Shown here piece after piece: positions 40,581 through 50,455 of a DNA stretch of 64,000 nt (its first letter is position 1; each line of letters starts with the position of its first letter). The stretch is from Myxococcota bacterium. GTDB taxonomy: Bacteria; Myxococcota_A; Polyangia; Polyangiales; Sandaracinaceae. Below the pieces are notes generated by a model. It saw only the letters and a list, made by a program, of their open reading frames with translations, was not told the origin of the DNA and searched no databases. The stretch lies in contig JAYZQJ010000069.1 of NCBI GenBank assembly GCA_036149055.1, positions 32,001-96,000 of the forward strand. The letters run 5' to 3'. Both the position numbers and the translations under genes were made by a program.

Positions 40581-41105
40581 TCACTCGGCGAGGGCGCGCT
40601 CGCGGCGCTTCGCCCGCTCGACCACCGGGGCCATGCGCTTCTGCGCGTCGGGCGGCTCGATCAGGGTGACCTGGTCGTGCTCGGGGTGCTGGCTCATGCG
40701 CTCCAGATAGAGCTCCATCGCCCGCTCGGGCTCGATCGCGCCCGTGCTCCGCCCGGGGAGGCCGACCACCGAGACCCGCACCCGGGCCCGGTCGAGGGTC
40801 ACGAGCATGCGCTCCACCACGCGGTCGAAGACGGCGTCGTCGAGCTCCGACAGCGCGCCCGCCCCGAAGAGGAAGAGCTTGTCGTAGGTCAGCCGCGGGC
40901 GGGTCGGAATGAGCACCGCCTCGTCGGTCGCGCCGGTCGCGTGCCCGCGCAGGATCAGGCGAGAGACCTGCCCGCAGAGGCGCCAGTCCAGGAGCCCGAG
41001 CGCGCCCCGGAGCGGGCGCACGTCGGTGAAGAAGGGGAGCGCGATGGCCTCGCACTTCAGCTCGTCGAGCCGGCGCAGATCCGGCGGGACGAAGCGGACC
41101 TCCAT
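40581..41105 (-). CDS. Stand-alone M17 aminopeptidase N-terminal-domain protein
   Basis: D.RPL.G..GLLDWRLCG.VSR and LFLFGAG motifs; ATG overlaps the nusB stop. Confidence 0.75.
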   Translation of the reverse strand: MEVRFVPPDLRRLDELKCEAIALPFFTDVRPLRGALGLLDWRLCGQVSRLILRGHATGATDEAVLIPTRPRLTYDKLFLFGAGALSELDDAVFDRVVERMLVTLDRARVRVSVVGLPGRSTGAIEPERAMELYLERMSQHPEHDQVTLIEPPDAQKRMAPVVERAKRRERALAE

Positions 41106-41515
41106 CAGTCCTTCCCGAGGTCGCTCGCGATGCGGTCGAGCACGCCGTTGACGAAGCCCGCGGAGCCCTCGCTCCCGAAGCGCTTGGCCAGCTCCACCGC
41201 CTCGTTCAGCGTGACCCGCCGCGGCACGTCGTCCATGGCGATGAGCTCGTAGGTGGCGATCCGGAGGATGTTCCGGTCCACCTTCGCCATGCGCTCGAGC
41301 CGCCAGTGCTGGCTGACCTCACGGATGATCCCGTCGATGCGCTCGCTCTGCGCGGCCCAGCCCCGGACGATCTCGGTGGCGAAGTCCTCGCCCTCCCGGT
41401 TCGCGCCGAGGTAGGCCCAGTAGGAGTGCACCGCCTGCTCGGCGGTCACGCCGGAGACGTCGATCTGATAGAGCATCTGGAGCGCGGCTTCGCGCCCTCT
41501 GCGACGACTGCCCAT
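41105..41515 (-). CDS. nusB: Transcription antitermination factor NusB
   Basis: RRRGRE.ALQ.LYQ, W.LERM..VDRNILR, NEAVELAKRFG and FVNGVLD motifs. Confidence 0.97.
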   Translation of the reverse strand: MGSRRRGREAALQMLYQIDVSGVTAEQAVHSYWAYLGANREGEDFATEIVRGWAAQSERIDGIIREVSQHWRLERMAKVDRNILRIATYELIAMDDVPRRVTLNEAVELAKRFGSEGSAGFVNGVLDRIASDLGKD

Positions 41516-41524
41516 GCTCGTCTC

Positions 41525-42010
<486 letters not shown>

Positions 42011-42017
42011 GGGCTTC

Positions 42018-43214
42018 CTAATGACGCGTGGGCTCGGTCTCGTCGAGGGAGAGCGCGTCCATCTCACCGGAGCGGCGCACGGCGTCCTCGTCGCTGACGA
42101 GGAGCTGCTCGACCACCTCGAGGCCGTAGCCCTCGAGGCCGGCGATCCGGCGCGGCTTGTTGGTGAGCAGGCGGATGCGCCTGAGGCCCAGATCGCGCAG
42201 CACCTGCGCGCCGAGCCCGTACTCGCGGAGCACCTCGCCCTGCTCGAGCGGCGGGCGCTGCACCTTCTGGCCGGTGCGCATCGCGAGGTCGGCCTCGAGG
42301 TCGACGGTGAACGGCGGGATGAAGACGATGACGCCCTTCCCCTCCTCCTCCACGCGGTCGATCACGTCGCGCATCACGACCCGGCCGCGGGTGCGCACAC
42401 CGAAGACGTCGCCGAGCACGCTCGCGGTGTGCATGCGGACGAGGGTCGGGCTCTCGTCGAGCTCCCCGAGGCGGAGCGCGAGGAACTGCCGCTCCCCCTC
42501 CGGCGAGCCGTAGGTGGTGGCCTGCCAGGTGCGGCCGCTCGGCAGCGTCACCTCGGCCTCGCTCAGCCGCTGGATCATCTGCTCGTGCTGGAGCCGGAAC
42601 TGGATGAGGTCGGCGATGCTGAGGATGCGGAGCGAGTGGGTGTCGGCGAAGCGCACCAGGTCGGGCATGCGCGCCATGGTCCCGTCCTCGTTCATGATCT
42701 CGCAGATGACCCCGGCGGGGCCGAGGCCCGCGAGGCTCGCGAGGTCCACCGAGCCCTCGGTGTGGCCGGTGCGCTGGAGCACCCCGCCCGGCTTGGCGCG
42801 GAGCGGGAAGATGTGCCCGGGGCTCACGATGTCGCTCGGGCGGGCGTCGGGGCGCACCGCGGTGAGCACGGTGTGGGCGCGGTCGGCGGCGCTGATCCCG
42901 GTGGTCACGCCCTCGGCCGCCTCGATCGAGATGGTGAACGCGGTCGAGCGGGACGAGCGGTTGGCCGGGGCCATCATCGGCAGATCCAGCTGGCTCACCC
43001 GCTCTTCGGTCAGCGCCAGGCAGATCAGGCCGCGCCCGTAGCGCGCCATGAAGTTGATGGTCTCCGGCGTGACCTTCTCGGCCGCCATCACGAGGTCGCC
43101 CTCGTTCTCGCGGTCCTCGTCGTCGACGAGGATCACCATCCGGCCGGCGCGGATGTCCTCGAGCGCGCGGTGCACGCGCTCGATCGCGTCGAGTCGAGTC
43201 TCGCGGGTGGCCAC
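42018..43214 (-). CDS. ribB: DHBP synthase fused to a degenerate GTP cyclohydrolase II domain (RibBX-like)
   Basis: [26 protein letters not shown] and GHTE motifs; C-terminal domain has YGLGAQ.L..LG and RLLTN but no Zn-binding Cys. Confidence 0.92.
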   Translation of the reverse strand: MATRETRLDAIERVHRALEDIRAGRMVILVDDEDRENEGDLVMAAEKVTPETINFMARYGRGLICLALTEERVSQLDLPMMAPANRSSRSTAFTISIEAAEGVTTGISAADRAHTVLTAVRPDARPSDIVSPGHIFPLRAKPGGVLQRTGHTEGSVDLASLAGLGPAGVICEIMNEDGTMARMPDLVRFADTHSLRILSIADLIQFRLQHEQMIQRLSEAEVTLPSGRTWQATTYGSPEGERQFLALRLGELDESPTLVRMHTASVLGDVFGVRTRGRVVMRDVIDRVEEEGKGVIVFIPPFTVDLEADLAMRTGQKVQRPPLEQGEVLREYGLGAQVLRDLGLRRIRLLTNKPRRIAGLEGYGLEVVEQLLVSDEDAVRRSGEMDALSLDETEPTRH

Positions 43215-43253
43215 GGGCCCTACATAGCTTCGGCCCCCCTCGCGTGCCAGGCG

Positions 43254-44339
43254 TCAGCGCGCGAGCGCGCCCTCGAAGAGGACGTCGTCGCCGAGCTGAC
43301 GGACCTTCGGGCGGACGAGCCGCCAGCCCTCCGCGATCGACGCGAGCGGGCCCACCGCGGCCAGCGGGCGCGCCTCGGGGTCGCCCGTGATCTTGGGGGC
43401 CACGAACACCGCCGCCGCCTGCACGAGGTCGGCCCGGAGGAGCGCGCCGTGCACCCGGCCGCCGCCCTCGACGAGGAGGCGCACGACGTCGCGCGCGCCG
43501 AGCGCCTTCATCGCGGCGGTGGGGTCGACGTGGCCGCCGGCGGTGGGGACCTCGAGCAGGGTCGCGCCCGACAGCGCGGCGCGGCGCTCGGCCGGGGCGT
43601 CGGGGCCGTGCAGGATCCAGGTCGGCGCGGCCGAGCGCTGGGTGAGCAGCTTCGCGGTCGGCGAGGTGCGCAGGTGCGTGTCGAGCACCACCCGGATGGG
43701 GTCGCGCCCTTCGACGTGGCGCACGGTCAGAGAGGGGTCGTCGGCGAGGACCGTCTCGACGCCCACGAGCACCGCGTCGGCCCGGTCCCGCAGCCGGTGG
43801 GCCTCGGCCCGCGCCGGCTCGCCGGTGATCCACTGGCTGTCGCCCGAGGCGGTGGCGATGCGCCCGTCGAGCGTCACCGCCGCCTTGAGGATCACGTAGG
43901 GCAGGCCGGTGGAGATGTGGCGGCTGAAGTCCGCGATGAGATCGCGCGCGTCGTCCTCGCAGACGCCGACCTCGACCTCGACGCCCGCGGCCCGCAGCTT
44001 CTCGACCGCGCCCGGCACGTGCGGCGCCGGATCCGCGCAGCCGATCACCACCCGGGCGAAGCCGGCCTCGAGGATCGCGTCGGTGCACGGCGGGGTGCGG
44101 CCGAAGTGGTTGCAGGGCTCGAGCGTGCAGTAGAGCGTCGCCCCCGCGGTGTCGCCGGCCGCGTTCCGGATCGCCGCGACCTCCGCGTGCGCCTCGCCGG
44201 CCCGCTCGTGATGGCCGACCGCGACCACCCGGTCTTCGCGCGCCACCACCGCGCCGACGTGCGGGTTGGGGCTCGGCCGACCCTGGCGCGCCGCCTCGAG
44301 CGCGCGCTGCATCATCGCGACGTCCCGGGGAGCGCTCAC
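43254..44339 (-). CDS. ribD: Riboflavin biosynthesis deaminase/reductase
   Basis: PNP.VGAV, HAE, TLEPC.H.GRTPPC, SQWIT and VEGG motifs. Confidence 0.96.
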   Translation of the reverse strand: MSAPRDVAMMQRALEAARQGRPSPNPHVGAVVAREDRVVAVGHHERAGEAHAEVAAIRNAAGDTAGATLYCTLEPCNHFGRTPPCTDAILEAGFARVVIGCADPAPHVPGAVEKLRAAGVEVEVGVCEDDARDLIADFSRHISTGLPYVILKAAVTLDGRIATASGDSQWITGEPARAEAHRLRDRADAVLVGVETVLADDPSLTVRHVEGRDPIRVVLDTHLRTSPTAKLLTQRSAAPTWILHGPDAPAERRAALSGATLLEVPTAGGHVDPTAAMKALGARDVVRLLVEGGGRVHGALLRADLVQAAAVFVAPKITGDPEARPLAAVGPLASIAEGWRLVRPKVRQLGDDVLFEGALAR

Positions 44340-44803
44340 GCGCGTCCTCGGGGGTCGCCGAGCAGGTCGCTCAGCTCCGCCATGAACTCGTGGATGTCCT
44401 TGAAGGAGCGATAGACGCTCGCGAACCGGACGTAGGCGACCTGATCGAGATCGCGGAGGCCGTCCATGATGCGCTCGCCGACCTGCGAGCTCGGGACCTC
44501 CTTCTCACCGGTCTCGACCATGGCGCGCTCGATCCGATCGACGAGCGACTCGAGCTGCTCCGCCGAGACCGGGCGCTTCTCGCACGCGCGGCGAAGGCCG
44601 CCGAGGATCTTCATGCGATCGAAGGGCTCGCGTCTGCCGTCCTTCTTGATGACGTACGGCAGCACCTGCTCCACCCGCTCGTAGGTGGTGTAGCGACGGT
44701 CGCAGCCCTCGCACTCCCGTCGGCGTCGCGTCACTTCGCCGCCCTGCGAGAGGCGGGAGTCGATCACCCGGTTGTCGAGGGTGCCGCAGAAAGGGCACTT
44801 CAT
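44336..44803 (-). CDS. nrdR: Transcriptional repressor NrdR
   Basis: MKCPFC..V.DSR, RRRREC..C..RYTTYE and [10 protein letters not shown] motifs. Confidence 0.98.
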   Translation of the reverse strand: MKCPFCGTLDNRVIDSRLSQGGEVTRRRRECEGCDRRYTTYERVEQVLPYVIKKDGRREPFDRMKILGGLRRACEKRPVSAEQLESLVDRIERAMVETGEKEVPSSQVGERIMDGLRDLDQVAYVRFASVYRSFKDIHEFMAELSDLLGDPRGRA

Positions 44804-44820
44804 GGCGCGCGGACCCTAGC

Positions 44821-46083
44821 TCATGCCCTCTCGAGACGCACCACGCACTCGAGGTGCGCGGTCTGCGGGAACATGTCGAGCGCGATCGCGTCCGTGATCG
44901 TGTAGCCGGCGTCCGAGAGCTGCTTCAGATCGCGCCCGAGCGTGGGCGGGTCGCAGGACACGTAGACGATCTCGGGCACCCCGAGCCGGACCAGCCGCTT
45001 CACCGCGCCGGGCGCGCCGGTCCGCGGGGGATCGATGACCGCGACCTGGGGCGGCGACGGCGCGCGGTAGGACTCGGCGTCGTCGGTCCGCACGGTCGCC
45101 TCGAGGCCGCGCGCCCGGAGGTTCTCGCGGCAGGCCTCGGCCGCCGCCTCGTCGAGCTCGATCGCCACCACGCTCTCCGCCTCGCGGGCGAGCGCGACGG
45201 TGAGGTTGCCGTGCCCGCAGAACAGCTCGAGCACGCTGCGAGCGGCCGGCCGCGCCAGCTCGACGACCCGGCCGACGAGCGCTCGGTTCACCTCGTCGTT
45301 CGCCTGCGAGAAGCCGGCGACGGTGCCCCAGAGCGGCTCTCCGTCGGCCCCCTCGCGGCGCTCGCGCGGCTCTCCCCAGGTGGCGTCGGTGCTCGCGCCC
45401 CCCGCCCGCAGCGCGGCGCCGGCGAGCATGCCCTCGGCCACCAGGCTCTCGAGCAGACGGAACAGCTCGGGCGGCTGCGCGTCGTCGCTCCGCATCGCCA
45501 CCACCGCGCGCTCACCCTCGCCCATCGCGAGGTGCAGCTCGCCCTTGCCCGCGAGGTGCCCCGCGACCGCGCGCCGGACGTCGCGGAAGCCGCGATCGAT
45601 CACCGGGTGCAGCACCGCGCAGCCCCGGACGTCGGCCAGCTGATCGCTCCGCGGCGGGTGGTAGCCGAGGCGCAGGCCGCGCCCGCCGACCTGCCAGCCC
45701 ATGCGCGCGCGCATCCGGTAGCCGAGGGCCTCCTTGGCGCCGATCCAGCCGAGCAGCACGTCCTCGGCGCCCGGCAGCCCGGCGATGGCCTGCTCGAGCA
45801 GCCCTCGCTTGAACTTGGCCTGGAGCGGCGCGGTCGCGATCATCAGCGGGCAGCCGCCGCAGCGGCCGACGATGGGACAGGCCGGCTCGACCCGCTGGGT
45901 GCTCGAGTCGAGGACCCGCGCGCGGTCGGCCCGCAGCGCCCCGCCTTGCTTCTTCACCCGCTCGAGCGTGACCCGCTCGCCCGGCAGCACGCCCGGCGCG
46001 AACACCAGCCCCTGCTCCGTCTTGACCACCCCCTCCCCGAAGCGGGAGAGGTCGCGGACCGTGCCTTCCAGGGACTCGTTCAA
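44821..46083 (-). CDS. RlmD/TrmA-family m5U RNA methyltransferase with TRAM domain
   Basis: C...GRCGGC, FSQAN, ELFCG.GN, DPPR.G, YVSC and DMFPQT.H.E motifs. Confidence 0.92.
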   Translation of the reverse strand: MNESLEGTVRDLSRFGEGVVKTEQGLVFAPGVLPGERVTLERVKKQGGALRADRARVLDSSTQRVEPACPIVGRCGGCPLMIATAPLQAKFKRGLLEQAIAGLPGAEDVLLGWIGAKEALGYRMRARMGWQVGGRGLRLGYHPPRSDQLADVRGCAVLHPVIDRGFRDVRRAVAGHLAGKGELHLAMGEGERAVVAMRSDDAQPPELFRLLESLVAEGMLAGAALRAGGASTDATWGEPRERREGADGEPLWGTVAGFSQANDEVNRALVGRVVELARPAARSVLELFCGHGNLTVALAREAESVVAIELDEAAAEACRENLRARGLEATVRTDDAESYRAPSPPQVAVIDPPRTGAPGAVKRLVRLGVPEIVYVSCDPPTLGRDLKQLSDAGYTITDAIALDMFPQTAHLECVVRLERA

Positions 46084-46093
46084 GGCGCCTCGA

Positions 46094-46726
46094 TCAGGGG
46101 AAGCGCTGCGCCGGCGCGCCGCGCTGTTGGAAGAAGGAGAAGGTACCCGAGAGCGTCGCCGCGCGTCCCTCGGGATCGTCGCGGTCGGTGAACGTCACGT
46201 TCAGCAGCTCCGCCTCGACCAGGGTATCGCCCGGCTCGAGGTCGGGCGCGTAGATGCTGTCGAAGCGGATCTGCCCGCCGACCGCCTCCATCACCACCGG
46301 CGGGAGGCGATGGTCGCTCGGGAACCCGCTCGGGCAAGCCTCGTTCAGGTAGAACGACATCTGGACGAGCGCGAGGTGGTCGGCCTCCACCGGGATCGGG
46401 AGCCCGAGCCGGTTCTGCTTCACCTCGTTGACGTCCCGCACGTGGATGGCGAGGCCGTCGGCGTGCTGCTCCAGATCGGAGCCTCGCTGGACCCGGATGT
46501 TGAGCCAGCCCCCGGTGACCTCGCCGCCGAAGAAGCTCGGCTCGAGGGAGTAGGCGTCGTCGTCGATGCCGCACTCGAGCGCGCGCACCGATCCGGTCAG
46601 CTCTCCCTGGCCCTGGCCGACCGAGCAGCCGAGCGCGCCCAGCACCACGCACGCGGACAGCACGCACGCGCGCAGGCCGGGGGAGTGGCCCCGGTCGAGC
46701 CGCCAGTCAGTTCGCGAGGAGTCCAC
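46094..46726 (-). CDS. Hypothetical lipoprotein (start uncertain)
   Basis: ALGC lipobox; beta-rich body; C-terminus FQQRGAPAQRFP. Confidence 0.7.
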   Translation of the reverse strand: MDSSRTDWRLDRGHSPGLRACVLSACVVLGALGCSVGQGQGELTGSVRALECGIDDDAYSLEPSFFGGEVTGGWLNIRVQRGSDLEQHADGLAIHVRDVNEVKQNRLGLPIPVEADHLALVQMSFYLNEACPSGFPSDHRLPPVVMEAVGGQIRFDSIYAPDLEPGDTLVEAELLNVTFTDRDDPEGRAATLSGTFSFFQQRGAPAQRFP

Positions 46727-47774
46727 CGCCGATCACCTGCTCTCCACGGTACACCACCGCGGCCTGCCCCGGGGCGATGGCGCGCTGCGGCTCGTGGAAC
46801 CGCGCCTCGAAGCCGCCGGGGATGGGCGTGACCTGCGCGGGCGCGGCGCGGTGCCGGTAGCGGATCTGCACCTCGGCCTCGAACGGCGCGTCGGGCGCCT
46901 CGCCGGTCCAGATCACGGACTCGGCCCGCGCGCGCTCCGCAAAGAGCGCCTCCCGCGGGCCGACCACGACCTCCTCGGACTCCGGCACGATGCGCAGCAC
47001 GTACTTCGGTTCGCCCCCGCCCGCGAGCCCGAGGCCGCGGCGCTGGCCCACCGTGAAGCGATGCACGCCGTCGTGCGCCCCGAGGGCCTGCCCCGCCTCG
47101 TCGACGATCCCGCCTCGTCGCGCCTCGCCCGTCTCGCGGTCGACGAACCCGCCGACGTCCCCGTCGGGCACGAAGCAGAGCTCCTGCGAGTCGCCCTTGT
47201 CCCAGTTGGGCACGCCGAGCCGCCGGCCCTCCTCGCGCGTCCGGCCCTTCTCGAGGTCGCCGAGAGGCAGGATCAACCGCGACAGCACCTCGCCCGGAAC
47301 ACCGTAGAGGAAGTAACTCTGATCCTTCGTCCGATCGCGCCCACGGAGCAGGCGCGGCGCGCCGTCCGCGTCACGCTCGATCCGCGCGTAGTGTCCGGTG
47401 CAGACGTGCGCGCAGCCGAGCTCTTCGGCGATCTCGAGCAGCCGGCCGAGCTTCACCTGCTGATTGCAGTGCACGCAGGGGCTCGGCGTGCGGCCGGCGC
47501 GGTAGTCGGCGACGAAGGGGTCCACCACCTTCTCGCGGAAGTCCGCCCGCTCGTCGAAGACGTAGTGGGGCACGCCGAGGTGATCGCAGGTCAGGCGCGC
47601 GTCCTCGCGGTCCTCGGGGGCGCAGCATCGCCCCACCGCCTGCCCGGGCCCGGCGTCCCAGAGATGCAGGGTCACGCCCACGACCGGCACGCCTCGCTCG
47701 TGCAGCAGCGCGGCCGCCACCGAGGAGTCGACGCCGCCGCTCATGGCCACGAGCACCCGTCCGAGGTCCGACAT
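46707..47774 (-). CDS. mnmA: tRNA-specific 2-thiouridylase MnmA
   Basis: AMSGGVDSS, TPSPCV.CN, TGHYA, KDQSYFL, SQELCF, TVGQRRG and PGQAAV motifs. Confidence 0.96.
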   Translation of the reverse strand: MSDLGRVLVAMSGGVDSSVAAALLHERGVPVVGVTLHLWDAGPGQAVGRCCAPEDREDARLTCDHLGVPHYVFDERADFREKVVDPFVADYRAGRTPSPCVHCNQQVKLGRLLEIAEELGCAHVCTGHYARIERDADGAPRLLRGRDRTKDQSYFLYGVPGEVLSRLILPLGDLEKGRTREEGRRLGVPNWDKGDSQELCFVPDGDVGGFVDRETGEARRGGIVDEAGQALGAHDGVHRFTVGQRRGLGLAGGGEPKYVLRIVPESEEVVVGPREALFAERARAESVIWTGEAPDAPFEAEVQIRYRHRAAPAQVTPIPGGFEARFHEPQRAIAPGQAAVVYRGEQVIGGGLLAN

Positions 47775-48033
47775 GATCGCTGCGGTGTGACCACGCGCGG
47801 CGCGGTCGTCAAGCCCGACACTGAACAGACGTGGAGAACAATCACCCGAAAGGATCCTCTTCGTTCGTTTCGAGCGAACGCGTCGTACCCGAGAACCTCG
47901 AGTCGATTTTCGATCACATTCCGGGAGGTTGAGGATCGAACCGATCCTCCGCTCCAGCTCGCTCGCAGAAACCTCGAAATCGCTCGAACAGCCGAAATTC
48001 GTTTCGAGATAACGGCTTCGTTTCAAACGAAAG

Positions 48034-49149
48034 TCAGGCGGGACGTTTGCGCGGGATCACGTCGCGGAAGATGGCGATGGCGCGGTCGACGTCGTCGTCG
48101 GTGGTGGCCTCCCCGAGGCTCACGCGCAGGGCCGACGCGGCGCGCCACGGGGCGTCGGGGTACATCGCCGCGATCACCGGCGACGGCGCGTCGACCCCGC
48201 TCGAGCACGCCGCGCCGTGCGACACGCAGAGCCCCTCGAGGTCGAGCGCGGCGACGAGGCGCGAGCCGTTCCAGCCGGGCACCGCGACGTTGGTGACCGT
48301 GGCGACCCGCAAGCCCTCGCCGTTGACCGACGCGCCGAGGTCGACGAGCGCCGCCTCGAGCCGGTCGCGCCGCGCGGCCACGTCCGGCATCGCCGCGAGC
48401 CGCGCCGGCACCCTCTCCGCGGCCGCGCCGAAGCCCGCGAGCGCCGCCGGGTCGGGGCTGCCCGCGCGCCGGCCGCGCTCCTGCGCGCCCCCGACGAGCT
48501 GGGGGATCAACGCCGAGTCACGGCTGATCCACAGGGCGCCGGCCGCGGGCGGGCCGCCGATCTTCGACGACGCGAAGGCGACCGCGGTCGCGCCGAGCGC
48601 GCCGACGTCGACCTCGACCTTGCCGAGCGCCTGGGTCGCGTCGACCACCAGCGGCACCGAGGCGCGCCGCGCGACCTCCGCGTAGGCGGCGATGGGGAAG
48701 ACGGCGCCGGTCTCGTGCGAGACCCACTGCACGACCGCGAGCGAGGCTCCGTCGAGCGCCCGCTCGAACGCCTCGACCGAAGGCGGCCGCCCGGCGGGGA
48801 CGGCGAGCCAGCGGGTCTCTCCGCGCCGCGACGCCGCCTCCCGGGTGACGGCCGCTCTGGTGGCCGGGTGCTCGACCTCGGCGCACAGGATCGGACCCTC
48901 GCCCGCCGCGACGCCGGCGACCGCGAGGTTGCACGCCTCGGTGCCCCCGGCGGTGAACACGAGGTCCGCGGGCTGGGCGCCGATCGCCGCCGCGACCTGG
49001 GCCCGCGCCGCCTCGAGCACCGCCCGGGCCGCCCGCCCCGCCGCGTGCGCGCTCGCCGGGTTGGCCCACGCCTTCGCGCGCGCCGCCTCCATGGCCCGCA
49101 GGACCTCGGGCGCGGGAGGGCTCGCCGCGTGGTGGTCCAGGTAGATCAC
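48034..49149 (-). CDS. Cysteine desulfurase (IscS/NifS group I)
   Basis: IYLD, NPAS.H, FT.GGTE, DATQALGK, SSKIGGP and GAACSS motifs. Confidence 0.9.
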   Translation of the reverse strand: MIYLDHHAASPPAPEVLRAMEAARAKAWANPASAHAAGRAARAVLEAARAQVAAAIGAQPADLVFTAGGTEACNLAVAGVAAGEGPILCAEVEHPATRAAVTREAASRRGETRWLAVPAGRPPSVEAFERALDGASLAVVQWVSHETGAVFPIAAYAEVARRASVPLVVDATQALGKVEVDVGALGATAVAFASSKIGGPPAAGALWISRDSALIPQLVGGAQERGRRAGSPDPAALAGFGAAAERVPARLAAMPDVAARRDRLEAALVDLGASVNGEGLRVATVTNVAVPGWNGSRLVAALDLEGLCVSHGAACSSGVDAPSPVIAAMYPDAPWRAASALRVSLGEATTDDDVDRAIAIFRDVIPRKRPA

Positions 49150-50363
49150 GCGTCGCTGCCGGGCGGATGCGCGCACACGCGCAGGACCACCTCGGTGCCG
49201 CCGAGGGCGCAGCCCGCGATCTCGTGGCGGGGCGGCGCGTGGACCTCGACCCCGCCGCCCATCGCGTCGGCCACCCGGCGGGCGAAGGCGAGGCCCAGCC
49301 CGACGCCCCCGTACTCGCGGGTGACCGAGCCGTCGGCCTGGTAGAAGGGCTCGAGGATCTTGCCGATCTTCTCGGGCGGGATGCCCGGGCCGTCGTCGGC
49401 GACGCGCAGCTCGTAGGCGAGCTCGGCGCCCTCCCCGTGCCGCTCGATGCCGATGGCGACCGTGCCGCCCGGCTCGGAGAACTTCGCCGCGTTGTCGAGC
49501 ACGTGCACGATGGCGCGGCGCACCTTGTCGGGGTCGCCGGTCGCGTTGAGCCCCGCGGGCGCCGGCTCGATGTGGACCTCGAGCTTGCGCGCGTCGAGCC
49601 GGGGGCGCGCCTGCTCGATGGCCCGCGCCGCCACCCGCCCGAAGTCGTAGGGGCGGTTGTAGAAGTGCATGCGCCCGGTCTCGAGGCTGCTGACGTCGAG
49701 CAGGGTGTCGATGAGCCCGCGCAGCCGCTCGGTCGAGTCCTGCACGGCGGCGAGGCTCTTGGCCTGCATCGGGTTGAGCGGCCCGAGCTCCTCCCCGATC
49801 AGCAGCCGCAGGTAGCCGACGATCGGCGTCATCGGCGTGGCGAGCTCGTGGCTGAGGTTGCGCAGGAACTCGCGGCGCAGGTGCATCATCTCCTCGAGCC
49901 GCGCGTTCGCCTCCGACAGCTCCACCACCTTGCGCTCGAGGCGCTCGACGATGCGGGTGCCGGCGATGCGGAGCTGCTGCGACGCCCGGGTCCGGAGCCG
50001 CTCCTTGTGGCCCTTCAGGAACCGCGCGATCTGCTTGGCGAAGCGGCCCGCGTCGATGGGCTTCTCGAGGAAGCCGTCGGCGCCGACCGCGAGGCTGATC
50101 TCGCGGTCCCCCTCGGCGGTGATCGCCACGATGGGCACCCCGTCGAGGGACTTCATGCCGCGCAGGCGCAGCGTGACCTCGTAGCCGTCGAGGTCGGGGA
50201 TGTTGACGTCGACCAGCACGAGGTCGGGGGCGGTCTCGCGCGCGAGCCGCACGCCCTCGAGCCCGCCCTCGGCGTCGATGACCTCGTGCCCGGCCGCCGC
50301 CAGCAGCTTGCGCACGAGGAGCCGGTTCTTCGGGTCGTCTTCGATGTGGAGGATGCGCGCCAC
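49146..50363 (-). CDS. Hybrid receiver-histidine kinase (cytoplasmic)
   Basis: ILHIEDD..LVD..PDLDG receiver; SHELATP H-box; DNAAKF, DDGPGI and GLGL motifs. Confidence 0.93.
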   Translation of the reverse strand: MARILHIEDDPKNRLLVRKLLAAAGHEVIDAEGGLEGVRLARETAPDLVLVDVNIPDLDGYEVTLRLRGMKSLDGVPIVAITAEGDREISLAVGADGFLEKPIDAGRFAKQIARFLKGHKERLRTRASQQLRIAGTRIVERLERKVVELSEANARLEEMMHLRREFLRNLSHELATPMTPIVGYLRLLIGEELGPLNPMQAKSLAAVQDSTERLRGLIDTLLDVSSLETGRMHFYNRPYDFGRVAARAIEQARPRLDARKLEVHIEPAPAGLNATGDPDKVRRAIVHVLDNAAKFSEPGGTVAIGIERHGEGAELAYELRVADDGPGIPPEKIGKILEPFYQADGSVTREYGGVGLGLAFARRVADAMGGGVEVHAPPRHEIAGCALGGTEVVLRVCAHPPGSDA

Positions 50364-50455
50364 GGCCGCGGAGTCTAGGCGCTGCGGGGCGGGGCCGCGA
50401 CATCGCTCCTCGGGGAGGCTCGCTGCAGCGCCCCGGGGCTTGACCTGTACGGCGC

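Noticed and set aside
47775..48033. Replication origin, dif or parS
   Set aside because: Only one 7/9 DnaA-box-like match (TTCTCCACG); no dif or parS consensus; no dnaA or par genes nearby.
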